Shown here in pieces: positions 47,875 through 61,135 of a stretch of 64,000 bases of DNA (its first letter is position 1; each line of letters begins with the position of its first letter). The notes below the pieces were generated by a model. That model did not search any database. It saw nothing but the letters and a program-made list of their open reading frames with translations, and was not told the DNA's origin. Made by a program: the position numbers and the translations under genes. Origin of the DNA: Paraspadella gotoi (taxonomy: Eukaryota > Animalia > Chaetognatha); the NCBI GenBank assembly GCA_051294375.1, contig JBJCIZ010000836.1:21669-85668 (forward strand), given 5' to 3'.

Positions 47875-50214
47875 TCCGACGGAATCGACGGTAAAGCTGA
47901 AATCCTCGTTCCGGACCTCATAGAAATAAACGGAAAATTACGGAGCTGACTACGGAAAGAAAACGTTGATATAGGAAACGAATTTATAATAGAATGAAGT
48001 GATATTATTACTCATAAAACTTTAATTAGTGATTGGATGGACACGGACGTTTCTGCCCCAAACTCGTCTGGCATTGGCGCCGCCCAGACTCCTCTGGCCG
48101 TAGCCCCCGGTTGAGTCCAGTGGGAACGTTGGAACGCCATATGAATCTTGTGGAAATGGTAGAGAACGGACTCACCGGTCACCTCGACATCCTCTTGCAG
48201 GCGTCACTTGGTCCTATCATCAGCAGCATCCGGGAGCTCAGAGAAGAGATCTCTCGCGCTAAGTGGCGTCCTTCCACCGACTCTAGCTCGGCCGCCATCC
48301 GCCACCCGCCACGCCTGGATGGCTCTGACAAAGCAACCGGCGCTCGCGAAAGCTCCTCAGAGGCGCCGCTAACTCCAGAAGGCCCTTCTGTGGCCAGAAG
48401 TACTCTCCCACAAAGCTGAATATGAAAAACTTTTTCTGATATCTTGCATTCTTTGTAATAAATTAATAATGAAATATTAACACTGGACATCCAGAGGGAT
48501 GGATGACTGGATTGCCCCAAATCCTTAAATAATAATCTTAAGAAATTAAATTAGTACAACCAATTTAAAGTTATCTTGCCCCTAACTTTGGACAGGTTTT
48601 GGTGGTTTAAGGCCTCCATCACTCTTAGAAGATAATGACATAGCAGGTCGCTGCAAGCTTTCAATCAAGACTCTCTCTGTCTCGTTTTATTCACTCCCAG
48701 AGTACCTGACTTCCCTATCAACGAAGTGGTATAATGTTTCAAAGAATGTTATATTATTGTGCAAACTGAGACTCGACAATTGAAGGAAAACAATATTAAA
48801 TGGATTAACAAACCAAGGACCGCTGGTACCTAAAGTTGGTTGCGGTCGTCGAATAGTAAAGTTACCTAAGTGATTTACAAAAATGCTACAAACGTCACCA
48901 AAAAAAAAAAATTTATTGATGTGATTATAGTAAATTATTAATGCTACAATAATCATTCAATTGAAAAAATAATAATAAATTTGGATTTAAATAATTTTAT
49001 GAAAAACTTCATACAATTGCACAATTCCACAAAATTATTCAAAATTTTTTCTATTATTATATAAAAATTTTTTTTCTATATTTATTATGAACAATTTAAA
49101 TTTGATTTAAAAAATATACAAAATTTAGAATTTATCACTTATTTAATTATTAAAAAATTATTACTCATGAATAGGGCAATAATATTTAAATAAGGTCCCA
49201 AAGGCCAATATTTTTTTTAAAAAATTACGCCTTCCCTATATATATAAATATAAAGTTTGAAAAAATAATGCAGAATATCTTAAGCATAATTTAAAGTTAA
49301 TTAATCATAATTAATTAATAAATAAATTATTATAACCTCAATCCCAGCATCAAGTCCGCAAAACTATTTCCGCTAATAAAGTCGCTATGTAAAAAAATAT
49401 CACTTGCTACTGTGGCGAATCATAAATTCGCCTCCCGTATATCTTGGTGAAACTCAGTTCGTGAGTTCCGGGTTCGATCCCCTCACGGTCACGCTGGTTA
49501 AAGTGTCATGGTGTCGGCATAAGCGCGCAAGTGACATGGGGTGGTCACTGCAAGTCCAAAGCCCTGAGCGCCAGCTGTCGGGAGATGCCTCACATCCCGG
49601 GCATCACACATGTCTCCCCGTTGCCATGTCACTTTCTTTTTGTTGACCATTAAAATCATAAAGATTAAAAAAATAAGTTTGATAACAAACATTTTTTAAT
49701 TAACAGTAATAATAAGTTTTAAAATAGTTTGATCATGACAATATCATAGTACTAAAAGGGTACTTTCTCATAAAACATCGTTTATTATCAGTATAGATAA
49801 TCACAAGCGACAAATGTAAAATGTTTGAGTCTGCTAATTCTTTTGTCGGCTCAGCCAATGAGTGTTGAAACGGAATCTTTTGTCCGTGTCACTGATCCAA
49901 AATGTCGGCCTCGTGTTTGTTGAAGACGTTGGGATTTCAGGATCCGTGATAGCGGGCTGCCTGGCTTTATCATCGACTGCAAGCTGTGTCCTAAAGTGTA
50001 GCAAAAATATTAAAATCAAGTTGAATCTAAATTCGAATAAAAAAATTTAAAAATATATATATATATTGTTACCATAAAAAATGTCAAAATTTTAAAATGT
50101 GTTTTCTTGTTTTTGAAAGCAGATTCTAATTCCTCACGAAAAATTATTATTTTTTTAGAAAATTATTTTATTAAGTGGGTCAAAATCCTAAAAAAAACTG
50201 TTATACCACGATGG

Positions 50215-50441
50215 TATGGTGGACTAAAATCCACCAACCGTTCATCAGCGGCCATTGGTGCCGGAGGCAAGTCATTCGCCTTCCAACCCAAAGCTCCGGG
50301 GTTCTAGCCCGGTGGTTAAGAGGGACGGGGCGCTTAACCCGCCTGTAACATGGTGTTACAGCCTGATCCGAAGCTCAGGGACTGCTTATATTGAACGGTT
50401 CTGTCATTAACACAATAATTAGTAATTTACTGTCTCTTCAA
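50215..50441 (+). mobile_element. tRNA-derived SINE-like repeat, copy 1
   Basis: Matches 51785-51985 (inverted) and 60642-60876. Has A-box-like TGGTGCCGGAGG and B-box-like GGTTCTAGCCC. Confidence 0.7.
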
Positions 50442-51784
50442 TGGAAAATAAAATTGACGCGATTACTTTCCTTCTCTTTTTTGGCATTTTAATGTCAGAA
50501 TCGAAAATTAAAATTTAAATATAAAAAACTTTGGCCTTTTGTAATTCATATAAGCTGTTTTATTTATTTACGACAAAAAATACAAGAACTCTATTTCCAT
50601 GTGTTCGTGCCTCTCTCGATTTGCTGTACTTTGTCATTGGCTGACTTTAGTCTTTATCGAAGGACGTTATGATTTTGAAAGGGTTGGTAAGTTTATTATC
50701 AACAACTAAAAATGGCAATGTGAACGAGTTTAATTTCCGAGATTAAAAGTTAAAACATGACTTTAAAATGACTTTAAAAACGAGATTAAAAACCACCAAC
50801 GCTATGTTAAAAGCGTTTAACGTCCGCAGGTTTTTGAGAGGCACAATTTCTCTCTCTCTGGACGTTTCATACATTAAATATAATTGTGAAATAGCTTATT
50901 TCATGCTCGCGATAGCTAGCGTTTGAGGCGTCGTCCGTCCCTTGCAAGTTTAACGTAGGCTTTTATGAATCTTACTGAATATTAAAGAAATTCAATGAAT
51001 GTAAACTTGTAAAGTGGCGATGAAGGTTTAGAAACTATTTGTATTAACGTCCAAAAAATCCCGTAAAACTGTAGTTGAGGACGGGCAATGCTACGTGGAG
51101 ATTGTCAAAAAACGAACTGAATAATTATCTTTTGTCTCGCCAAATTACGACATAGGTAACGACAAAAGATCGACAAAAGATCGACAAAATAACCAGAAAA
51201 GGTATTGGCCAAACACGGGAGGACAGTTTATGTACGGTCAAAAATTAAAGTTTGGCTAAGAGAAGAAAAATGAAAAATGGTGAAGCATAATATTTTAAAA
51301 TAATCGCGATATCTTCACTTTCGCATCGAATCTTCGCGGGAAACGGGCGAGGCAGAACCCAGATATTAACTCGTCGGCGAGTCCCACGGCCACGGCCGTG
51401 TCTGGTCATGACTGGTGTAACACCATGCAAAAAAAATTCGTTGTCCAAAAAAATATTTCTTTTTTTATTCTTAACGGTTTTTTATTTATACTAATTTCCA
51501 GTTCTTTTTTATTATTTTTTAAAAATCCCTTCCTTTTCTCAGTCTCATATAAAATAGTTATTGCATCATCTCTATAATAATTGATTCAGCGATGAATCTT
51601 AATTTCTATTTAAAAAAAAAGAATGGAATTAAAAATACATTATGATTTTTCTCGTTTGTAACATTTCGTAACAGTATATCTATTAGCTATGCAGCCGTAA
51701 ATTTAAAAAGATTAATTATAATCGGTTTTGTATGTCTCGGTTTTTCATTTTATATGATATATAATACAACATATTTGTAATAAG

Positions 51785-51985
51785 TTGAAGAGACAGTGAT
51801 AATTGTTGTGTTAGTGACAGAACCGTTCAATATAAGCAGTTACAGGCAGGTTAAGCGCCCCATCCCTCTTAACTGCTAGGCGGCCACTAGGCTAGGACCC
51901 TGTACTTTTGGGTTGGGAGGCGAATGACTTGCCTCTGGCACCAATGGCCGCTGATGAACGGTTGGTGGATTTTTAGTCCACCATA
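51785..51985 (-). mobile_element. tRNA-derived SINE-like repeat, copy 2
   Basis: Reverse complement of copy 1 with an internal deletion. Confidence 0.7.
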
Positions 51986-53761
51986 AAGTCTTCTTTATTT
52001 AGTGACTGTCTATTAAGAGATCAAATTTGAAACTTTATAAATGTAATTTTACAATTTTTACTAAAGATTAAAAAGTACTTAAAACTAAAGCGAAAATAAA
52101 TATGAGGTAATGAACATGTAGCATTTTTTCTCCTCTTTAAAATGAAATTCAAATATCAAAATACCACTGAAAGCTAAAACATGTAAATTAAGGGTATTAA
52201 AAAAGTTAAGCATTAGTCAATAGTCATATTATTGTTAAATGCACGAAAACAAAACCTGTACCAAGATTTAAAGAATAAAAAATAGAATATTTTATGTAAC
52301 CCATATCATAAAATTCTTTAAATTTTATATTATTTATAATTTTTTTAAATTAAAATCAGACGACGTTTTATAAAAAAAAAAACCTCATTGTTTTGAAAAG
52401 TTACTAAGCACCTAAGCATTAAACAACCATGAAATCTATACCAAATTCAAGAGCAGGCAAAATGCTACATTTAGTATAATATACCTTTTAAATTTACCTA
52501 AGTTTTGATTGGTTGTGACCTGTGACCCTCAAAGATTTGAAATAGAGAGCTAGGTGGTACATTTTTTGACTAGTCTGTTTTCGAAGTTACCTGAAATGAT
52601 TGTAATTTGAAGGAGTTGATTTTACTAAAAGTTACAGGAGAAATGAAAACGGTTCTTAATCCTTTGAGATCTAAAAATGGAATGCTCTAAAATCTCGGCC
52701 TCCTTCTCGTCTCTCTTCCTTTGTTTATTCTACTTAGTCAAAATGTTTACAAAATAGTTCCTATGAATCTATGAAGTATTAAACTTTGGAACTTACAGAA
52801 TTAAGAGAGACAAAATTTGAAAAAAAGATAAATTACTAAATTGGAGGCTAATTAAAATATTACTGACACATTAAAGGTAAAAAAATAAAAAGTTGAGCAC
52901 TGACGTAGACTTGCAATAAAGTGGAAACATGTCCCGTTAATAATAATAAAATCGTTGTTGAAACTAATTCAAACTAGCTCTATATAAAATATCAATATAA
53001 GTTCTAAAGCTTCAGTTAATCTTTCTCTGAAAGTTATCATTTTTATTTATCTATGGATGTATTATCAGAACCAAGTATCAAACGAGACCGAAAAAAAAGA
53101 TTTTGTTAAAAAGACATTATTACATTATACAGTAACACAAGCCTTGTTTACTTTATAGGGGATTAATCTTTTTCACTGTTGCCAAAGACTATTTTTGACC
53201 AAAATCTGATAAAAAATATTATATTAAAAATAATAAGATTATTAACAATAATAAGAGTAGTCCTCTTGATCAAAAAGAAGAGAAAAAAGACAATCTTTTT
53301 TGGAAGTATTTGTATGCATTAAATGTTATGCTGTTATTTTTATTCAGTCCTAAAGAAGTCATAATATATATTAAAAAATATATTTAAAATTAACCGACTT
53401 TTCCAAAACGCAACCATTTTTTTTCTCTCATGGTAGTAGATCTATAATTAAATTTTAGTATAAAAAATATAGTTTTTTAAAATTTTAGCTAAATTAATGA
53501 AAAAATTTTGGATTAAGACTTATATTTTCTTTCATTAACTTTTTATGAGGAATTCGAATCTGCTTTCAAAACTAAGAAAAAACTATTTTAAAATTTTTAC
53601 ATTTTCTATGGTGAGTATTATGTATAAATAATACTATAAATATGGGCTAATGCAAAAATTAAGAAATTAAATAAAAATATTTTTAGATAGCAATGTTCTT
53701 CAGTACAAGACTTCATGGTCAACTTTTCGAATTTTGATCTGCTACTTTCACTACGCCTTAC

Positions 53762-54200
53762 TGTATAGCGTCGTTGTCCGCGGCCGGCGGCATCTCGGAG
53801 GCGCCTTGGGGACGGTCAGGGCGCCGTCCCCGTCATCAACGAAAGATTTGAGGCGGCCCGCGAAGTCGAGGCAGAATAATTTTGTACAGAGAGACGATCT
53901 CGAACGGGCAATCGTAGTGTGTCCCGTCGACCGGCTGTAGGGCATCCATCTCACAACGCAGGTCTTGAAGCAGCGCGTCTGGATCGGGCGGCAACGCACC
54001 GTCCGGGACAAATTTGGCAGGTCGAGAAAGAAATCTCGGATTATCCGTGGTGATACTTCATCAAGGAAACCGATACATTATTGACCGCCAGTTGGGACTC
54101 AGCCCTGATGAACCAGAGATCGGTGTCGTTTGTCCAAAAGTCCGGGAGCTTGACAAAGATGGCCAAAGTCAAAAGCGTTTTAGCGGAGGCCATGACCAAC
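53762..54200 (-). pseudogene. Internally deleted CsRn1-type Gypsy remnant (third family)
   Basis: Gag start VKLPDFWTNDTDLWFIRAESQL (~54170-54070), followed directly by an integrase-tail-like PDALLQDLRCEMDALQPV. Confidence 0.65.
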
Positions 54201-56109
54201 TTGGAGAGAACAGAGGAAGGTCAAGGCAGTTGACGAAGAAAGACGAGGGTCGATGTTGAATTTTAATAAGCTCGGAAGGCTTATGGGAAAATGAAGAGAA
54301 AGAACATGAAAAAACAAAGTATGTTTCTTTACAAAAAAGAAAAGTTAAGACCGTAACAATGATCTTAATAACGCTGAATTTATCAGATAAACTACATGGG
54401 CGAAAGATTTCTTGTGGATTCTTTTTAATTTTTTCAAATTTAAAAAAAAATTATTTACTTTCTTTTTATAAATTTAATATTATTTACTTTTTGAAATTAT
54501 ATTTAAATTATTTTACACCGCCTCACGTCCATCATTGTTCAGCCAATCCTATTGGCGTTGCGTTCCATCCACAGTTCTAACGACTTCCCTCTGCGTTGGC
54601 AAAGCGAGACCATCCGAGGGTGACCGCGCCATTGACAGGCGGCGGCACTAAGGGTCGGAAGCCCCCAAATCTTACAGTGGGCATCACAGGCAACTTGGCT
54701 GTTGCCATAAAAGTTTTAATTTTAAACTTACCCCTAACCTTAACTTAACCCTAAATTACCTCTAACCCTTATTTATCTTTAACCCTAACTTATTTTTACC
54801 CCTAACCCTAATTTACCCCCCTTAATTTAATTTTTAACCTTAAATTACCTTACTTTTAACTTATTTTAATTAATTCCTTCTTAATTTTAATTTATCAAAA
54901 GTTACGTAACATATTAATCAGGTTTAATATAATACCAATATAACATATAATAATAATAACAAATATTTAAAAATTATAAAATTTCAAGTCCTTTAATTTT
55001 TTCCTTTCAAAAAATTATCTTCGTCCGTTTTGATTTGTTCCTCTTCTTTTTACGTTAATTCATTAAGAAAAACCTTGCTCTTCGTTTTCCCGGAGACCTC
55101 TGGAGCATATTAATCTCCAGGAATGCCAACTGGGCATTGCCCAGAATGCGATCACGAGCGACGAATGTAAAATATTTAAGTGCGCTATTTCTTTAGGCAT
55201 TGTAATTCGTCTATTTCTGTCGTCTCGGCCAATGAGCATTGAGACGGAATCTTTTTTCCATATCGCTGATTCGAAACGGACATATTACGAAGCCTGTTAA
55301 CTTTTGGGCAAATAGTTGAAGGTTTTTGCAAACTCCATCGATGTCATGACTCGTGGTCGAAGCGCCAAAGTTTAACAAAATTTCCAATTTTTAAAAAAAA
55401 TAACAATAAATGTATATATTTAACGTAAAATCTAACTTTTCATTCTAATTTTCGTAAAAAAAAGGAAAAAATCCGGCGGGAATAATGTTTATAAATACGC
55501 GAGTCATCAAAACATCTGATTCGTGAACCGCGGCTGGCTCGAGGAAGTGCCATGGCTCTCGGTTTGGTTCTTGCGGTAACGTAAGTTATGCGCATTCAGG
55601 GCCGTGTAAAGAATCCCAGATCAAACAAAAGCCATGGATTTAATCTTATTTCATTTAAAAACACGATTGCTCCACGATTGCTCCACCGGGAAACAAATGA
55701 CAACGCACAAATTGATCTCTCGGTCAGTTTAAAAGAAATAGTTAAGGACGGCGATACGTGGAAAATAAAGCCCAAAAAACCAGTAAATTGGATTGTTAAA
55801 TTAAACAAGCAAGCTTGATAAAATTAAAAAAAAGAAAGATACCCTGTCTTAGCCAAGACAAGAGTCTATCTCATTGTGTAACCATACCCATTTATTTATT
55901 ATAGTCTAGGAGAACGATTAAGTCCAAGTTACGGAATCTAAAACTCCGTAAAACCAGTCCACTTTGGGTCCATCGTACCATATCAAGATGACCGAATTTT
56001 AAAATTGCTCCACCGGCATTGGCTTCCCAAGACGCCCCGCTTTCGTAATATAATCACATTTATAATATTTTATTTGGTTTTCTGATGGAAAACTCACACG
56101 ACGAGAGAT

Positions 56110-59100
56110 CGAGGCGCGGAGATGTCGCGAAAGTGGTGCCGCTTCCGGCAGCGCGTGAAGCGGTCCAATCATCGCAGAAGAATCAGTATGACCAAGACGG
56201 CTGCAGCGGCCCCACCAGCACTCGATATGACGCTGAGGCCGAAACGTGGCTGTGTTCCAATTCTGGATGGCGCGCGGACGTGGCGCTGCGTCTTGGCGCG
56301 CTGACAAGTGTCGCATGACGCTGCCCTCGTGCGATTCGGATTGAGGCTGAGCAACAAGCGCGTCGTCACGAGACTTTTTTGACGCGCGAACTCCCGGTGG
56401 CGATGCCATGGGGCGTCGAGAAAACGCGCCGGCGCCAATACGCTGAACAAGTGGGCGGGCTCGGAGCCTGAGATGTCGCAGATGATGTCGTGTCTGATGG
56501 AATGTTTTTGAGTCGTGAGCGCCGTATGAGGGCGTTGAGGAGCCGCGGACATCGCGCGGTGGGCTTTATCACCGCCATTGTCAAAGTTGACTTGGAGGGC
56601 GCACGACGGCGTTGGTGGCGGCGAGACCTCACCCTTTTTGGCGTCAAGATCGCTCCAGGTGATACTGTGGATGTCGCCAGGTGGCGGCGCTGACGGAGAG
56701 TTGCGGGCGGGAAAGGGCACGCGACGCGTCGCCTTTCCCGGCGATATGACGGATGTCGCCGATACTTCGGCGATGCCCGCCATTGAAGGTGCCTCATGGT
56801 GTGAGGCTCGCCTTTTTCCGCAGCCCGGCACGAAGCGAAGATTGTCGCTAAAAAGTGTGAAGCGGCGTCCTGACGTAGGGCGAAATGGCGAATGAGGCGT
56901 GGGCGGCGAAGAAGCTCCTGTCAAAGGGTGGCCATTTTCGTTGATGGTCTTCAAGTGGCTTTGAAGAAACCCAGGGCTGCCATTGCCGTCGACAACTGTT
57001 CGAGACGCGCCGACAGCGACGTCAAGCGTCACATGAAGCAAGGAGGAGCGCCGTCGATAGGTGACCACATTGTAGAGTCGGCGAGGGCCGTCCTGATGCC
57101 TGGAAAGCGCGTCGCGGGGCCAGCCCATTTTGCGAGCGCGGAGTTTCCCCGCGGAGAAACTTCAAGAAGGGTGAGATTGATGTGCGGCGTGGGCACGAAT
57201 CGCGGTAGTTAGTGAAACCAAGAAAGCGTTGAATTCTTTTACAGTAGTGGGCGTGGCCACTCGCGTAGCGCTCTAAACCTTTGACGGAAGTGGGCGGACG
57301 CCATCTTTGTCGAACGTTGTTAGCCAAGAAATCTCCAGCCTTGGAGGCCACCGAAAAACGCATTTAGCGCGGTTACAATGAGGCCGTTGCGGCGAGCGCG
57401 TTGAAAGACACGCTTGAGACCTCTTGATGCTCTTCGGGTGAGTGGGATGCCACAAGCAGGTCATCCAAGTAGAACCAAAGACTGGGGAATGCCACTCAGG
57501 ACTTGGTCCAATCATGCGTTGGAAATCCTGACGGCGGTCGTTTTTCAACCCAAATGGCATAAAGAGAAACTCTAAAGAGGCCGAACGGCCGTATATGATC
57601 GCCGTTTTATGCGATCTTCTTTCGCGACAGGGATCTGATATATCGCTTGCAGAGGTCGACTTCGAGAACTGTCTTCCCAAGGCGGACGTCGGCGTTGAAG
57701 TCCCATGAGTGGCGGATCGGGTAACGTCATCGACGGTGAACGCCGTGAGACGTCGATAGTCACCGCAAGGACGAAGCGAGACCGTCGGTTTCCGAAGTGG
57801 ACGTGTATGCGCGAGCCCAGGCGGACGTTAGCGCCGGATTAATCCCAGTCAGCATCTTCTCGAACTCGACTGCGCAGCGACTGACGGGGCAAGGCCGGCG
57901 GGCACGGGCAAAGAACGGGCGGACCTTTCGTTGGAATATGATGCTCGACACCGGTGCTTGGTGGTGCCGAGTTGAAGACAAGTTTGGTAAGTTCTGGTCG
58001 CACCAATCAAGAAGTCCAGAGTAGGCGTCGGCGAACGTGTAGAACGCGGGGCGGCGCAGCGGCGGCGGCGTCGTGGGCGTGGCCGGATGACCAGTAGTAT
58101 CGAGGTCGAGAAAGAAACGCGTTGAATGATCAACGCCGAGATGGTGCTCCATCAAAAAGTCAGCGCCGAGAAGGGCGGGCGACTCGGCGATGATAACGAG
58201 ATAGGGAAAAACGCGTTCCCAATCTAATCCCATCTCCGGAGCCGAAGGTTTCGATGGGCACGTGTCGATTGGCTGGCGCGGAATGTGCGGGGCATTGGCA
58301 GCGGCGAGCGCCGCTTTTGGAAGTCGGCGGGGTCCGCTTTGGCAGGCGGCGGCGATCGGCGGAGAGGCCGGGGATGAGCGTCGCCTCGGAACCGCCTGTC
58401 GACGACCCATCCAGCCGGCGTCGGGGTCGCGCACAAGGAAGAGTTTCGATGTCGTTTCGGGCCGGCGACACGGGCGACTATCGGCCCGCCGGCGTGGGTT
58501 TGACGGTGCCATTGGGCAGGCGGCATCGGGTTCGTCGTGGCATTTGAATGCGTTTGGTTGCCAAAGTTTAGTAGTGTAGAAGCACTTGGCTTCCTCCATG
58601 GGCGGTCGCCGGGCTTGCTGAGAGCGGGGCGTCAATGTTGGCCTGCGGCCGTCTTGCTGCTGCGCTGCTGCAATTGGGGCGCTGTTCGTGATGGGCGCTG
58701 CTGCGAGGAGGGGCGTTGTGTTGGGCGTGGCGCGGTCGTCGTACTGCGTTTGCGTATGAGATGGCAGCAGTGTCGTCGTCGCTTGCCGATTCGTGCTTGA
58801 ATCGCCAGTGGGCTCGTCCACTGCGACTTCGAATGGAGGTGACGCGTCACCGCAGATGAGGGGCGAACAGAGCTGCGGGTTGTCCGAAGAGGAGAAAGAA
58901 CTCATCGGCATCTTTTGGCGATGGTCGACGGGCGTCTTGTCCTTTCCTGACGGCGTGCTCTCGACGCTCTGAGGGAGGGCGGCGGCCAATATGGCAGCCT
59001 ATGATTTCTCGTTGTGAGGCCTTCAAGGATCGGCGTCGAATCGCGGAGAGGTGCTGAAGAAGGTGTTGACGCCGATTTCAGCGTCGTCATCTTTCAAGCG

Positions 59101-60149
59101 CCTTTGCGGCGCGCCTGTTGGCATCTTTCACCAATATATTTTTTTTGCAGTGGAGAACCAGGTTGTTTTATGGGCGTTGGGACCTTCGTCGATGGCGGAG
59201 AACCATGTGGAATAAGTCGGTGGGGGAGATGGGTAATGGCGCTGAGGATTAGTGCCTTCTTCCGACGGCTCGGTGACGCCGGTGGCGCCAAATTCCACAG
59301 CGGCGATCGGTTCGAGCCCACTCTTCGATGTGGTCTGGTGGGTCGAAGGTCGTGAGTTTTGGATTCCTCTTCTGCCGGGGCTGGAGAAGGTCGAGATTGG
59401 TTGGGTTGCCCCGCGGGGCGGCGTCGCGACGCCATCTCCAACTGATGGGGGCAACTCGCGTAGAGGCGGTGCTTGCATCCGCTGAAGAGGGAGTTGGTCT
59501 TTCGATGACCGAAGGCGAGTTTTCGTTTATTTCGAAAATCATTTGGAATAGTTTTTCAAGATTTGCGTCTCGGTAGACGTCGCGGATGTCCCGAGGCGGC
59601 TAGCCGTCGTGGAAAGCGATCGTCGCGGCCATAGGCGCTGTCGGAGTGGGAGGCGTTGCGCGTGTTACGGGCATCGTGGTTTCCTCTTCGTCGGCGGGCC
59701 GTTGGCAGGCGTGAGACGCTGATGATGAGGACGGCGGCATTTAAAAAAAAAGATTAAATGAAAAAATTTATTTTGCGTTAAAAATGATTTTTATTTTTTA
59801 AAAAATGAATTAGATCTTTGAAAAAGGAAAAAGATATATTCGGTTGAAAAAAAATGATTGAGTTGAAAACTGGTTTGAAAAAATGATTCGAATCAGATTT
59901 TTGGAAAAATATTGGCCAAAGGAAAAATTAAAAAATAAAAAAAACGCGCAAAAGTTTGTTTCGTTTCCGTGAGTTGTTAGTTTTTTCTTTTTCTTTGGTT
60001 TTTGTTGTTTTTTTTTTGTTTGTTTCGTTTTTTAGCATCGGGCTCACACGTGTGGAGCGCAACAATTCAAAGTAAAAGAATGATTTTATTTCAAACAACG
60101 TTATAAACAATAACAGTCAAAAATGCTCAGATCTAAGTCTATTACAATG
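56110..60149 (-). mobile_element. Gypsy family B copy, truncated within integrase, heavily indel-riddled
   Basis: Collinear with ~28010-32130. PBS at ~60036-60048, partial 5' LTR 60051-60149. Confidence 0.9.
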
Positions 60150-60221
60150 TAGAAAAACATTCGTTTGGGCGAGCGGGGATCAAGATTCCGAGTTTCTCAT
60201 GTTTTTTTTTTGGTCAGGGCC

Positions 60222-60321
60222 NNNNNNNNNNNNNNNNNNNNNNNNNNNNNNNNNNNNNNNNNNNNNNNNNNNNNNNNNNNNNNNNNNNNNNNNNNNNNNN
60301 NNNNNNNNNNNNNNNNNNNNN
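60222..60321. other. Assembly gap (100 N)
   Basis: N run. Confidence 1.
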
Positions 60322-60641
60322 CCCCAAACATGGTTTATAGCCAGTGACGTTACATGACTGATAGGTGAGGTTATCACCTTATCCACAAAGGTGGTGATGG
60401 CTATTATTAAGGCTTTTGTAATTTAATATCCTAAAACTTCCTTAAACTCATCTGCGGATAAGTAGAAAAACCGGTTTCACTCACCTATCTCTTTTTTTCC
60501 AAGGATGTCATCGACGGAGCAGTTTTTCCCTCAATGTGATTTAATGTTTTAAGCGTTGTACATTACAAAGTGTATTTTTAATTTCTTCGATGTCTTCGAT
60601 GCAAAACACGTCGCCACATTATAGGCATACAACACGAACAT

Positions 60642-60876
60642 TATGGTGGACTAAAATCCACCAACCGTTCATCAGCGGCCATTGGTGCCGGAGGCAAGTC
60701 ATTCGCCTCCCAACCCAAAGGTCCGGGGTTCTAGCCCGGTGGTCGTCTGGCAGTTAAGAGGGACGGGGCGCTTAACCCGCCTGTAACATCGTGTTACAGC
60801 CTGATCCGAAGCTCAGGGACTGCTTATATTGAACGGTTCTGTCATTAACACTTATCAATAATTACTGTCTCTTCAA
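60642..60876 (+). mobile_element. tRNA-derived SINE-like repeat, copy 3
   Basis: Most complete copy of the 50215 family. Confidence 0.7.
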
Positions 60877-60999
60877 CATAAACAATAAAATTAAGCTTTT
60901 CTTATTACCAAATTACTGAATTTGTGGAGAAGGTGCAAAAGTGGGCAAGAGAGTGCTATCCGCAACTTCCTTAACTAAACTAGCAGCCATGGAACGGGT

Positions 61000-61135
61000 C
61001 CAGGCTTGAGGGTTTTCCACGCCCCCAAGGTGGTTTACGGCCGTGCTCACGCTTCCCGCAGGGTAAGTATCGGGTTGGGATTGAACCCTATACCTCGTGG
61101 TCATGATATTATGGATTTACTCAATGAGCCACCGG
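61000..61135 (-). mobile_element. Head of a different tRNA-derived SINE
   Basis: Minus strand GGTGGCTCATTGAG (A box) ... GGGTTCAATCCC (B box). Confidence 0.45.

Noticed and set aside
48033-48419. 128-aa ORF next to a gap
   Set aside because: No recognisable domain and a non-ATG start; left unannotated.
54725-54845. CCCTAA-like repeats suggesting a telomere
   Set aside because: Highly degenerate and interstitial; more like transposon subterminal low-complexity sequence.
60670-60750. tRNA-Gly-like cloverleaf
   Set aside because: Poor stems and embedded in a thrice-repeated element; treated as a SINE head, not a tRNA gene.
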